From Snowella sp. (GTDB taxonomy: Bacteria; Cyanobacteriota; Cyanobacteriia; Cyanobacteriales; Microcystaceae): a stretch of 64,000 nt of DNA. Position numbers and translations under genes: made by a program. The notes below the pieces were generated by a model. That model searched no databases. It was not told the origin of the DNA and saw nothing but the letters and a program-made list of their open reading frames with translations. The DNA lies in contig JAYKGY010000043.1 in NCBI GenBank assembly GCA_035285545.1, positions 21,830-85,829 on the forward strand. Direction: 5' to 3'. This document shows, one piece after another, positions 9,194 through 19,690 of the stretch (position 1 is its first letter; the number at the start of each line of letters is the position of its first letter).

Positions 9194-11872
9194 ATGATCG
9201 AAGATCAAGAACTACGGGAAATATATCAAGTTTCAGGGGCTGAGCACGTTCAAAACCTCGAAACGGGATTATTAACCCTTGAAAAAGATCCCACCAATAT
9301 TGAGCTTTTACAAACCCTACTGCGAGAAGCCCACAGCTTAAAAGGAGACTCGCGGGTGATTGGGGTCAAGTCGGTAGAAGCCCTTTCCCACCGCTTAGAA
9401 GAAATTCTAGGTCGTATTAAAAATAGTCAAATGGTTTGGTCTCAAGCGTTGGGCCAAAGAATGTATCAAACCGTCGGTGCCCTGGGCAAACTTGTCCATG
9501 AAGCCGTCACCGATGAACCCAGCAACGTCGATCCCAACCAATTACTCAATCTACTCAGTGAGTTTTTACCTGCATTAGACACCCAAGCTCCGGCTTCTGT
9601 CCCTGCCCCGAAAGAACACCAAACCGTTGGAAATGGTCACGGTAATGGCCAGCATAAACCCAACGGCCACGGGCGATCGCTGTGGATTGAAGATGCAGAC
9701 TTGCGGGATATTTATAAAATTTCGAGCGAGGAACATTTAAATAAATTGCAATCAGGGTTAATCGTTTTAGATGAAAATCCTGATGATCAAGCCTCTTTAG
9801 AAGAATTATTAAGCGAATCCCAGAGTTTTGAACTCGATTCTCGCATTGTGGGCCAAGAATCCCTTGAAGCCCTAATCCATAAAGTCGAAGTGATTTTTGA
9901 ATCCCTCAAAGCGGCTCAGATCAGTTTTTCCCAAGTTTCTCAACCGCTCCATCATGCCGTGGATGCGATTGGGGATTTGGTCAAAGAAGCCCTTACAGGG
10001 GAAACCGCCCAAGTCAACTTCCAGGAAATTGTCCAGGAGTTGGACGGGGTAATTCAGACCGATCAAATTGCTCAAGTTGTTCAAGAACCGAGTCAGCCCA
10101 CCGCTAAAGGGAATGGTGCGACGAGTTCCCAAGCCAGTTTAGATATGGCTCGTCTGGATACGATTCGGGTTCCCATGCGGTATCTGGATGCGTTGATGAC
10201 CCATACGGGAGAGTTAACGGTGACGAAAACCCGTTTAGCCCACACCAGCGATCGCTTGCGGGATCTGATCCATCTCTGGGATGCGTGGAAAACGCGCAAA
10301 AAATCGAATAAAGGGTCGGAAAAAGCCACCGAAGAGAAACTGGATAATATTATTCGCTATCTCTACGGCAGTGTGGCGGAAAACAATACCCGTCTAGATG
10401 CGATCTCGCGGGAATTAGACGAAAAAATCCGTACCCTGCGTTTATTGCCCCTTTCGACCATCTTTCTGCTTTTCCCCCGTCTCGTTCGGGAATTAGCTCA
10501 GGATGAAGCCAAAGACATTAACTTTGTCATGGAAGGCGGCAACATCACCGTTGATAAACAAATTTTGGAGGAAATGAAAGATCCCCTACTGCACCTGTTG
10601 CGGAATGCGGTGGATCACGCCATAGAAACCCCTCAAGAACGGCAACGCCTCGGCAAAGCTCCCCAGGGGAAAGTGTGGTTAAAAGCTTCTCGGAGTGCCA
10701 GCAATATTGTGATTGAAGTCGGGGACGATGGCCGCGGCTTGGATCTCGAAAAAATTAAGCAAACCGCCATTAAACGCAAACTTTATCGGGCGGAAGAATT
10801 GGCCGCAATGGGCCCCAATCAATTGCGATCGCTGATTTTCCTACCTGGCTTTTCGACTCGGAGTTTCATCACCGAAATTTCGGGACGGGGCGTAGGTCTC
10901 GATATTGTCCGCACCAACGTGGAACGCTTAAAAGGCAATATTCAAATTGAATCCAATGCCAATCAAGGCACAATTTTCCGCATCCAACTCCGCAGCACTG
11001 TTGCCACCTTAAACGTCATGCTCGTCGAGATTCGGGGCCTCATTCATGCGCTTCCCATTGAAGCGATCGAAAAAACCTTACTGATCCGTCCCCAGGAAGT
11101 TTATTCCCTCGAAGGCCAACCCACCATCAGCGTCGATGGTAAACCCATTCCCCTAGTGAAAATGGCGGATATTTTAGAATTACCAGCCGTCACGACGGGA
11201 GCAGGGCAAAAACAACGGCAACGCCAAGTTGAAAACAATCTACTGTCAGCCGTTCTGCTCAATGTGGAAGGTCAAACCCTTGCCTTTGAAGTGGACAAAT
11301 TACAGGAAGTCTTGGATGTGGTCATCAAACCCCAAACCAAGCTCCTCAAACGAGTCCGCAATATTTTGGGAGCCACGATTTTAGGGACAGGGGAAGTCTG
11401 CATGATCCTCAATCCCCAGGATCTGGTGCGGTCGGTTCGCAAACAACATCAAAGCACGACGATGCTGGACAGCGACGATCTCGATGCGGCTCCTGTTATG
11501 ACCCAAAAACCTGTAATCCTGTTAGTGGAAGATTCCATTGCCGTTCGGACACAGGAAAAACGCATTCTCGAAAAAGCGGGCTACGAAGTGGTCATTGCCG
11601 TCGATGGTTTGGATGGCTACAACAAGTTGCGATCGGGTCAAGCCTTTGATGGCATCATTTCTGACGTAGAAATGCCCAATATGAACGGTTTAGCCTTTAC
11701 CGCCAAAGTTCGGGAACATCCTGAATATCGAGAATTACCCCTCATCCTCGTTACCTCTCTCGCTTCAGAAGAGGACAAACGCCGAGGGGCCCAAGCTGGC
11801 GCGAATGCCTACATCGTTAAAGATCAGTTCAACCAAGAGCTTTTGATCGAAACCTTAGAGCGATTGGTGTAG
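9194..11872 (+). CDS. cheA: Hybrid chemosensory kinase CheA (Hpt, Hpt-like, dimerisation, HATPase, CheW, REC)
   Basis: LLREAHSLKG Hpt; HLLRNAVDHAIE; DDGRG; GFSTR...SGRGVGLD; C-terminal ILLVEDS...ISDVEMP. Confidence 0.95.
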   Translation: MIEDQELREIYQVSGAEHVQNLETGLLTLEKDPTNIELLQTLLREAHSLKGDSRVIGVKSVEALSHRLEEILGRIKNSQMVWSQALGQRMYQTVGALGKLVHEAVTDEPSNVDPNQLLNLLSEFLPALDTQAPASVPAPKEHQTVGNGHGNGQHKPNGHGRSLWIEDADLRDIYKISSEEHLNKLQSGLIVLDENPDDQASLEELLSESQSFELDSRIVGQESLEALIHKVEVIFESLKAAQISFSQVSQPLHHAVDAIGDLVKEALTGETAQVNFQEIVQELDGVIQTDQIAQVVQEPSQPTAKGNGATSSQASLDMARLDTIRVPMRYLDALMTHTGELTVTKTRLAHTSDRLRDLIHLWDAWKTRKKSNKGSEKATEEKLDNIIRYLYGSVAENNTRLDAISRELDEKIRTLRLLPLSTIFLLFPRLVRELAQDEAKDINFVMEGGNITVDKQILEEMKDPLLHLLRNAVDHAIETPQERQRLGKAPQGKVWLKASRSASNIVIEVGDDGRGLDLEKIKQTAIKRKLYRAEELAAMGPNQLRSLIFLPGFSTRSFITEISGRGVGLDIVRTNVERLKGNIQIESNANQGTIFRIQLRSTVATLNVMLVEIRGLIHALPIEAIEKTLLIRPQEVYSLEGQPTISVDGKPIPLVKMADILELPAVTTGAGQKQRQRQVENNLLSAVLLNVEGQTLAFEVDKLQEVLDVVIKPQTKLLKRVRNILGATILGTGEVCMILNPQDLVRSVRKQHQSTTMLDSDDLDAAPVMTQKPVILLVEDSIAVRTQEKRILEKAGYEVVIAVDGLDGYNKLRSGQAFDGIISDVEMPNMNGLAFTAKVREHPEYRELPLILVTSLASEEDKRRGAQAGANAYIVKDQFNQELLIETLERLV

Positions 11873-11939
11873 GTCGCCATTGTTCTAATTAACTTTCTTT
11901 CCTCAACCAATCTTTGAAAATTTTCTTAGGAGTCTCATC

Positions 11940-13391
11940 ATGACTGGTATTCTGCAATCGAAAAAGTTACAAACCCGTATTCTCTTAGGCTATGCCGTTC
12001 CGTTAGGGGTCTTGACCGTGTTCGCCCTCACCATTGGGGTTGCGCTTAAGTTGACCAGTGATGCGGCGAATGAAACGGAAAGAGCGAACCATGTTGTTGA
12101 TAATGTTCGAGAAACGATTATGGCAAGTTCTCGCGTTATTCGTACTGCACGAGCGGCAGCCCTTTTCCCGAATGATCCCCAATATGTGGCCTCCTACAAA
12201 ACTGGTATGGAACGTCTCGATCAGTCGATCGCTGACATGGGCGATTTAATCCGTGATCCTCAACAAAAAGCGTCCTGGGAAAAACTCACCAAACAGGTCG
12301 ATGTCATAACCAATCAATCTGATCAAGCAATGCAATTCATTAAAGCCAAGCAGGTTGCTCAAGCATTACCGGTTTTGGCCGATATGGATGTTGAATCCCT
12401 GGATGCCACCAAAGATACGATACTAAAACGTCAAGATGACATTATTAATGATCGAGAACGGGGCCAAATGGTCTTGATCTCCATTACCATCGCCATTACC
12501 CTACTGGGTCTTTTTGGTGGTGGTGGTGTTTCTCTGTTCTTAGGCAACATGATCGCCAAGAAAATCACCGATGACGTTAAAAAAGCCGTGGTTGATATTA
12601 CCTCCTCTGCCAGTGAAATTGCCGCCACGATGGAAGAACAGGAACGGACTGCCAATTTACAAGCTGCTTCTGTGAGTGAAACCACCACTACGATGGATGA
12701 GTTGGGTGCCTCTTCTCGTCAGTCGGAAGAACAAGCCGAATCTGCTGCCCAAGCCGCCAGTGAAGTCTTACAACTGGCCAACAATGGTAACGACTCCGTT
12801 GAAGAAACCGTTTCCACCATGGTTGACCTGAAAAACAAAGTGGCCGCGATCGCCGATCAAATTGTGCGCTTATCGGAACAAACCAACCAAATTGGTAACA
12901 TTTCGTCTCTTGTGAGTGATTTATCGCAACAAACCAATATGTTAGCCCTGAATGCCTCGGTTGAAGCCGTCCGTGCAGGGGAACATGGAAAAGGATTCGC
13001 CGTAGTTGCCGAAGAAATTCGGAAATTAGCGGATCAAAGCCGTCAATCGGCATCCAATATCGGCGCGTTAGTATCGGATATTCAAAACGCCATCAACACC
13101 ACCGTTATGGTAACGGATGAAGGAACCAAAACCGTGAATGCAGGGTTACAAGTCACTGAACGGACAGCCAATGCCTTCTCTGGTGTGTTGGAATCCATCA
13201 ATAACGTGGCGATGAACAACCAACAAATCGTACTCAATATTCGCCAACAAGGAAAAGCCGTACAACAGGTGCTCCAAGCGATGGACAGCATCAACCAAGG
13301 CGCGCAACAAACCGCAGCCAGCTTAACCCAAATCAAATCGGGTACTTCCCAACTGTCCCACACAGCCCACGATTTAGAAGCGATCGTTTAG
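11940..13391 (+). CDS. Methyl-accepting chemotaxis protein (2 TM, periplasmic helical-bundle sensor)
   Basis: Two hydrophobic segments; signalling hairpin QTNMLALNASVEAVRAGEHGKGFAVVAEEIRKLA. Confidence 0.95.
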   Translation: MTGILQSKKLQTRILLGYAVPLGVLTVFALTIGVALKLTSDAANETERANHVVDNVRETIMASSRVIRTARAAALFPNDPQYVASYKTGMERLDQSIADMGDLIRDPQQKASWEKLTKQVDVITNQSDQAMQFIKAKQVAQALPVLADMDVESLDATKDTILKRQDDIINDRERGQMVLISITIAITLLGLFGGGGVSLFLGNMIAKKITDDVKKAVVDITSSASEIAATMEEQERTANLQAASVSETTTTMDELGASSRQSEEQAESAAQAASEVLQLANNGNDSVEETVSTMVDLKNKVAAIADQIVRLSEQTNQIGNISSLVSDLSQQTNMLALNASVEAVRAGEHGKGFAVVAEEIRKLADQSRQSASNIGALVSDIQNAINTTVMVTDEGTKTVNAGLQVTERTANAFSGVLESINNVAMNNQQIVLNIRQQGKAVQQVLQAMDSINQGAQQTAASLTQIKSGTSQLSHTAHDLEAIV

Positions 13392-13529
13392 GGTTGAGGA
13401 TGGCCAATTCTGCCTTTTAAATGACTCCCCGCAGAATCTGGCCTTTTCTTCCCCTCGGTTTTGTTGTCTATCGCCCAGCCCCTACCGACCGCCAAACCGC
13501 ACCCATCTATTTCAGCTTTGGATAATCCC

Positions 13530-14591
13530 ATGACCATTAAAGTGCTACTCGTAGAAGACTCTCCCCTCGCGGTGACGATTCTCAAACGGATGATTTCCAC
13601 AGCCCCCGATATTCAGGTTGTGGGGACAGCACGGACGGGAATTGATGCGCTGGAGATGATTGGTAAATTAAAACCTGATGTCATCTGCACCGATCTGCTC
13701 ATGCCGAAAATGAATGGCTTAGAGCTAACCCAAACGGTGATGGAAAAAAGTCCCAAGCCCATTTTGGTGATTAGTGCGGCGGTTCAAGATGAAGACAAAA
13801 ATAATGTTTTTCAGTTGCTCGATGCGGGGGCGGTGGATGTCTTTGCCAAACCCCGTAGCGGCCAAATTGAAGAATACGAAATGCTCACCGAGAAGCTATT
13901 AACCAAAATTCGGGTTTTATCGGGAGTTAAGGTCTTCACCAAACGCAATCGGGGCGCAACGCTAAATGTTAAAGGCGACAAAGCAACGGTTAAGCCACCC
14001 ATTCCGGTGAGTACGGCTCCCTTGCCTAAATCCTTTAAAGTCGTCGCGATCGCGGCTTCCACAGGCGGGCCCCAAGCCTTTCAAGAAATTTTAAGTCACT
14101 TACCTGTCAATTTTCCCTTACCCATTCTTTGTGTTCAACATATCAGCAAAAACTTTTTAGAAGGCTTCCTCGATTGGCTCAGACAAAGTTGCAAACTACC
14201 GATCCTGGTGGCCAAAACAGGAGACACTCCCCAACGCGGTGTCATTTACTTTCCGCCAGAACGCCATCACCTCCAACTGGATGCCCAAGGGCGGTTTTAT
14301 TGTGCAGATGGGCCCCTGGTCGATGGTCATTGTCCGTCTGCAACCGTGCTGTTTCAAACCGTAGCCCGCAATTACGGTTCGTCGGCTTTGGGAATTCTGC
14401 TTTCGGGGATGGGAAAAGATGGCGCGATGGGATTATTAAGCCTGAAGCAAAAAGGGGGCTATACCATTGCCCAAAATGAAGAAACCTCCGTGGTTTTCGG
14501 GATGCCCCAAGAAGCCATTAAACTCGGAGCCGCCAAGCTTGTTCTCGGATTACCCGACATTGGCCCAAAAATTCTGGAAATTATGAACTAA
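13530..14591 (+). CDS. cheB: Chemotaxis methylesterase CheB (REC + esterase)
   Basis: Receiver domain, then AASTGGP (Ser), VQH (His), HCPS and LSGMGKDGA (Asp); ATG 13530 preferred over TTG 13461. Confidence 0.95.
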   Translation: MTIKVLLVEDSPLAVTILKRMISTAPDIQVVGTARTGIDALEMIGKLKPDVICTDLLMPKMNGLELTQTVMEKSPKPILVISAAVQDEDKNNVFQLLDAGAVDVFAKPRSGQIEEYEMLTEKLLTKIRVLSGVKVFTKRNRGATLNVKGDKATVKPPIPVSTAPLPKSFKVVAIAASTGGPQAFQEILSHLPVNFPLPILCVQHISKNFLEGFLDWLRQSCKLPILVAKTGDTPQRGVIYFPPERHHLQLDAQGRFYCADGPLVDGHCPSATVLFQTVARNYGSSALGILLSGMGKDGAMGLLSLKQKGGYTIAQNEETSVVFGMPQEAIKLGAAKLVLGLPDIGPKILEIMN

Positions 14592-14625
14592 ATAGGCCAC
14601 GATGGGCTATTAAGGAGTACAAACG

Positions 14626-16185
14626 ATGCTGACTACTGAAACCATTTCCCCCAGCTTAAGAGAAGATTTTGTTGAACTCATTGCTAGTCAAACGGGGATT
14701 GAAATCCGTGCCCAAAATTACGGATCGATGGGAGATAATATTCTGTCCCGCGTTAAAGCTCTCCATCTAACCTCTCCCCAAGCCTATTACAATTTACTTT
14801 CGACAACCACGCCTGACAGCGAAGAAGAGTGGCAAAAGTTTGTCTGTTTGGTCACCAATCGAGAAAGTTATTTTTTCCGCGATAAAGGTCAATTTAACCT
14901 CCTGAGAAATACCCTGTTACCCGACTTAATTCGTCGCAATCAACGCATAAAAACCCTCCGTATTTGTAGTGCGGGTTGTTCCACGGGTCAAGAACCCTAT
15001 TCCATTGCAATTTTATTAAAAGAATTAATTCCTGATTTACAAAATTGGAACCTCATTATTTTAGGAATTGATATTAATCGCGAATCGTTGGATCACGGAA
15101 AAAGAGCTTTTTATAATACCTGGTCTTTCCGTCAGGTGGAAGAGGATATTAAAGCCCGTTATTTTAAAAATGCCGCCGGTTACTATCAACTCCAAGAAGA
15201 AATTCGCACCTTAGTTCGTTTTCATCAAGTCAATCTTACCCGTGATCCTTTTCCTCGTCTCAATTCCGAATTGCGGGATATGGATCTGATCATTTGTCGT
15301 AATGTGTTTATCTACTTTACCGATCAGGCGATCGCGCACGTTGTCGAAAAATTCTTTAATACCCTCAAACCCAATGGCTATCTGCTCACAGGTCATGCTG
15401 AATTAAATAATCATCACATCAAAGCCTATCAAGCCAAACTATTTCCTGAATCCGTTGTCTATCAACGTCGCAGCGGAGACTTCAAACAACTTGCCGAGCA
15501 TCCCTCTCCCACCCAATCCTTTCGGCCCAAATCTCCCCCGTTAGAAACCCCGACTCCCGCCAAAGAAACGCCCCAACCCCTATTTACCCAAAACTTTGCC
15601 AGCGTTCCCGTTGCGCCTGTCCGTTCTACCCCGACTCCTGCCGCCTCTGCGACTAAAACGACTCCGCCAACAACTTCAACGGAAAAAGCGGCCAATAAAA
15701 CGGCTGAACCCGATATTCTACAAGAGGTTAAACAACTTTTCAAAAATAAATCCTACCAACTAGCCCAGACCAAATTAGAGCAGATCCTACGGCGATCGCC
15801 GAATCACTACGATGGTTCCTATTTAATGGCCGAATTACAGGCCAATTTAGGTAACTATGAAAAAGCGAAACAATGGTGCCAGACTGCGATTAATTTAAAT
15901 GCTTTTGCTGTAACCCCCCATCATTTAATTGCCCACATTGAAGAAGAACAGGGCCATTTTGAAGAGGCCAAAAAAGCCTTAAAAACGGCGATTTATCTTG
16001 ATCCTGATTCCGTTGCCGCCTATATCAATTTAGGAAGTTTGTATCAACGGGAAGGAGATTTCACCAGAGCTAAAAAAATGCAGCAATCGGCTTTTAAAAT
16101 TCTCCAACGACTCCCCAAAGACAGCACCATTAAAGAACTCGATAATATTACCGTCGAAGCTCTCCTGTCAGAACTCCAAATTTAA
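14626..16185 (+). CDS. cheR: Chemotaxis methyltransferase CheR with Pro/Thr linker and C-terminal TPRs (WspC-like)
   Basis: TNRESYFFRD, SAGCSTGQEPYSIA, GIDIN, DLIICRNVFIYF, LKPNGYLLTGHAE; TPR-like C-terminus. Confidence 0.93.
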   Translation: MLTTETISPSLREDFVELIASQTGIEIRAQNYGSMGDNILSRVKALHLTSPQAYYNLLSTTTPDSEEEWQKFVCLVTNRESYFFRDKGQFNLLRNTLLPDLIRRNQRIKTLRICSAGCSTGQEPYSIAILLKELIPDLQNWNLIILGIDINRESLDHGKRAFYNTWSFRQVEEDIKARYFKNAAGYYQLQEEIRTLVRFHQVNLTRDPFPRLNSELRDMDLIICRNVFIYFTDQAIAHVVEKFFNTLKPNGYLLTGHAELNNHHIKAYQAKLFPESVVYQRRSGDFKQLAEHPSPTQSFRPKSPPLETPTPAKETPQPLFTQNFASVPVAPVRSTPTPAASATKTTPPTTSTEKAANKTAEPDILQEVKQLFKNKSYQLAQTKLEQILRRSPNHYDGSYLMAELQANLGNYEKAKQWCQTAINLNAFAVTPHHLIAHIEEEQGHFEEAKKALKTAIYLDPDSVAAYINLGSLYQREGDFTRAKKMQQSAFKILQRLPKDSTIKELDNITVEALLSELQI

Positions 16186-16248
16186 CGGTTATTCATCAAT
16201 TTAAAGAGCTACTATTGGCTGATTTTTGAGCAAATTTTACTTAGGATT

Positions 16249-17343
16249 ATGACCATGACCTACTATCTTAATTTTACCCACAATAATCTCCGCTACGGTG
16301 TGCCAGCCACTGCTGTCCAAGAGGTCTTTTTCCTCCCCGAAATTACCCCCATTCCTGAAGCTCCCGCCGATATTCTCGGTACAGTTAATGTGCGCGGCAC
16401 CCTAATTCCCGTGATGGATCTCAATCTCCGCTTTGGTTATCCCGTTACGCCCTATTCTCTCAATGACAGCATTATTATTCTCAATTGGCAGGAATTAACC
16501 CTGGGGATTTTAACCAATCAGGTTCATGAAGTGAGATCCATTGACGATCAACTCATTACTCCCGAACTGTCCCACGATCACCCCCTTCTAGACTTCAAAC
16601 AAGAAAAATTTATTAATGGCTATCTCCAAGAAGACGAAAACCTGCTGTTATTACTGAATTTAGAAGCCTTACTGCGTTATACCGAAGCTCAAGACCTTAA
16701 TCTAGAGTTGGATCTTGATGTTTTGGAAATTTTGGAATCGGGTGAGGAACCGACTGAAGAATCTTTAACCGATGAAGAAACGCCCGAAATCGTTAAATCG
16801 CCGCTCTTTTTCCCTGAAGCCAGCCCCTACGAGCGCAAAGTCCTGCAAAAACGGGCGGATAATTTACGCCAAAGTCTGAAGCTAAAAGATCTCACGGGCT
16901 TAAAACCCTTGGCGGTGTTTAACCTGAATCAAGAATTTTTCGGTGTGGATCTTTCCCTCATCCAAGAATTTATTAAATTTAGCCGTGTCACCCTGATTCC
17001 CTGCGCCCCCTCCTTTATTGTGGGCAATATTAACCTGCGGGGGGAAATTGTTACCCTGATCGATATTCGCAGTTTATTTAATCTTCCGAGAGCGATCGCG
17101 TCTAAAAATCCCCAAGCCATGATCGTTAATGTGGATGGAGTGGTAGTGGGCTTATTAATCGATGCCATTTACGATATTTTGATGCTCAATCCGAAAGATG
17201 TCCTGGCTCCCTCAACCGTGGAAAGTGAACTTAACCAAAACTATCTCCAAGGTGTCCTTCCTTATAAAGACAAAATGTTAGGACTGATTAACCTCACAGA
17301 AATCATTTTAGGCGGCAGTTTATTAGTCGATGAAGCCGTTTAA
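16249..17343 (+). CDS. cheW: Tandem CheW-CheW adaptor
   Basis: ITPIPEAP..ILGTVNVRGTLIPVMDL and VTLIPCAPSFIVGNINLRGEIVTLIDI, joined by an acidic linker. Confidence 0.9.
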   Translation: MTMTYYLNFTHNNLRYGVPATAVQEVFFLPEITPIPEAPADILGTVNVRGTLIPVMDLNLRFGYPVTPYSLNDSIIILNWQELTLGILTNQVHEVRSIDDQLITPELSHDHPLLDFKQEKFINGYLQEDENLLLLLNLEALLRYTEAQDLNLELDLDVLEILESGEEPTEESLTDEETPEIVKSPLFFPEASPYERKVLQKRADNLRQSLKLKDLTGLKPLAVFNLNQEFFGVDLSLIQEFIKFSRVTLIPCAPSFIVGNINLRGEIVTLIDIRSLFNLPRAIASKNPQAMIVNVDGVVVGLLIDAIYDILMLNPKDVLAPSTVESELNQNYLQGVLPYKDKMLGLINLTEIILGGSLLVDEAV

Positions 17344-17446
17344 ATGAACTCTTATCGCTCCAACCAATCAGGAGAGTTTGTAAACCAAGATTAGGTAAGA
17401 TCAAGAGTGTTTGGTTACTTACCTAATTTGCCTTGTTTTTACTGTA

Positions 17447-18217
17447 ATGGAAATTTTACCTGCAATTGATTTACTCGATGGCCGTTGTGTTCGACTCTAT
17501 CAGGGAGATTATCAACAGTCCCAGATCTATCATGAAAATCCTGTCGAAGTGGCGCGTCAGTGGGCAGAGCAGGGAGCAACTCGGTTACATTTAGTGGATC
17601 TCGATGGGGCAAAAGCAGGACAACCCGTTAATTTACCCGCCATTGAAGCCATTGTTCGAGCCGTTGATATTCCAGTACAAGTTGGGGGCGGTTTACGCGA
17701 TCGCGCCAGTGTGGCCCAACTGTTAGAACTCGGTGTGGGACGGGTGATCTTAGGAACCATTGCAGTGGAACAACCCGAATTGGTTGAAAGCTTATGCCAA
17801 GAATTTCCCCAACAAATTGTGGTCGGCATTGATGCCCGTAACGGTAAAGTGGCCACCAGGGGTTGGTTAGAAACGTCTACAGTCGAGGCGACCGACCTAG
17901 CCCAACAGATGGAAAAACTCGGAGCCGCCGCCATTATCTACACCGATATTCACCGCGATGGAACCCTAGTGGGCCCAAATTTAGAAGCCTTACGAGAATT
18001 AGCCAGCCATTTAGAGATTCCGGTGATTGCTTCTGGTGGCGTGAGTGCGTTACGGGATTTATTGAGCTTGTTGTCCCTTGAACCGTTGGGCGTTAATGGG
18101 GTGATTATCGGCAAAGCCCTCTATACCGGCGATGTGGACTTAACCGAAGCGATTCAGGCAGTCGGCCAAGGCCGTTGGCAAGATGTACCGCCAGGCGACA
18201 TTCCCCGTTTTGCCTAA
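17447..18217 (+). CDS. hisA: ProFAR isomerase (His biosynthesis)
   Basis: [50 protein letters not shown]. Confidence 0.97.
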   Translation: MEILPAIDLLDGRCVRLYQGDYQQSQIYHENPVEVARQWAEQGATRLHLVDLDGAKAGQPVNLPAIEAIVRAVDIPVQVGGGLRDRASVAQLLELGVGRVILGTIAVEQPELVESLCQEFPQQIVVGIDARNGKVATRGWLETSTVEATDLAQQMEKLGAAAIIYTDIHRDGTLVGPNLEALRELASHLEIPVIASGGVSALRDLLSLLSLEPLGVNGVIIGKALYTGDVDLTEAIQAVGQGRWQDVPPGDIPRFA

Positions 18218-19644
18218 AGTCCTGTTTTCACGTTTGCATACCGGAGTTTAAACTCTCTTTGTTGGCGATTGTGGTCAACGATAGGCTCAGGATAGCCAAC
18301 CCCTAACCGTTCTAGACGGGTAATTTTTCCCGTTAACAATGCCTCCGTATCCAGCGATCGCAGTTCGGGTAGCCAGTGACGGATATATTCGGCTTCGGGG
18401 TCAAATTTTTGCGCCTGGGTCATCGGGTTAAAGATTCGTAGCGGTTTGGGATCCATGCCACTCGACGCACTCCACTGCCATCCCCCATTATTGGCCGCTA
18501 AATCCCCATCATACAAACATTGCATAAAATATTTTTCGCCCCACTGCCAGTTAATAATCAAATCCTTGGTTAAAAAACTAGCCACAATCATCCGACAACG
18601 GTTGTGCATCCAGCCGGTTTCTAACATTTGCCGCATAGCAGCATCCACGATGGGATAGCCCGTTTTTCCCTCACACCAAGCCTGAAAATGTTCCTCGTTA
18701 TTCTCCCAAGGAAAATTTTTAAAAATCGGTCGATAGGGGCCATTGACTAATTCTGGGAAAAAATAAAGGCAATGTTGATAAAATTCTCGCCAGGCGAGTT
18801 CCTGTTGCCAAGTTCGGATGCTATTGCTTTCTTCCTCGCTGCGACTATTCTCCATCGCGGTTACTGACGCTTGCCACACGGTACGAATCCCGATCGCGCC
18901 AAATTTTAACGCTGCACTGAGTTGAGAGGTGCCATCAATCGCCGGAAAGTTACGCTGTTCTTGGTAATCCCTGAGTTTATTTTGGGCAAAAAAATCGAGT
19001 CGCTCTTGGGCTGCCGTTTCCCCTGGATCGAGCAACAAGGGTTTATCCCAGTTAAAGCCTAAATCTTGTAGGCTCGGTAAATCAATTACAAATTGTTGAA
19101 TCCGTTCCTGTTCTTCTTCATTTAAGCCTTTTAAGCTATCGGGGGTCTCGGCGATCGCGGCTTTCGGGTGTTGAATCCAATTTTTCCAAAACGGGGTATA
19201 AACGGTATAGGGCTTACCGCCTTGGGCTAAAACGGAACCAGGGGCTTGCAACAGTTGATCCCAATAGGTTTGTACTCCAATTTTTTTGGCTCGTAACTGT
19301 TCGGCAACACTTTGATCTCGTTTTTGAGCGTATGGCTCCCCATCCAAATTCCAAACAACCACATTGACGTTTAACACTTCGGCTAGTTGGGGAATGCAAA
19401 TTGTTGGATCACCTTGGAGGATTAATAATTGACTGCCTAATTGTTGGTAACGTTGGCGTAATTTGGTTAAACATCCCCATAGGTAAGTAACCCGTGCAGG
19501 GGCAATATTATCTGCTTGTAAAATTTGCAGATCTAAACAAAAACAAGCAATAATTTTATGACTCTTTTTGTAAGCTTGAGAAAGACCAATATTATCGGAA
19601 ATTCGTAAATCTCGACGATGCCAAAATAGGATTAAATCACTCAT
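18214..19644 (-). CDS. phr: Deoxyribodipyrimidine (CPD) photolyase
   Basis: [55 protein letters not shown]. Confidence 0.93.
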   Translation of the reverse strand: MSDLILFWHRRDLRISDNIGLSQAYKKSHKIIACFCLDLQILQADNIAPARVTYLWGCLTKLRQRYQQLGSQLLILQGDPTICIPQLAEVLNVNVVVWNLDGEPYAQKRDQSVAEQLRAKKIGVQTYWDQLLQAPGSVLAQGGKPYTVYTPFWKNWIQHPKAAIAETPDSLKGLNEEEQERIQQFVIDLPSLQDLGFNWDKPLLLDPGETAAQERLDFFAQNKLRDYQEQRNFPAIDGTSQLSAALKFGAIGIRTVWQASVTAMENSRSEEESNSIRTWQQELAWREFYQHCLYFFPELVNGPYRPIFKNFPWENNEEHFQAWCEGKTGYPIVDAAMRQMLETGWMHNRCRMIVASFLTKDLIINWQWGEKYFMQCLYDGDLAANNGGWQWSASSGMDPKPLRIFNPMTQAQKFDPEAEYIRHWLPELRSLDTEALLTGKITRLERLGVGYPEPIVDHNRQQREFKLRYANVKTGL

Positions 19645-19690
19645 TAAACGATGATCAAATTTTTTATTGAAATCTTCTTTTTAGTTTACA

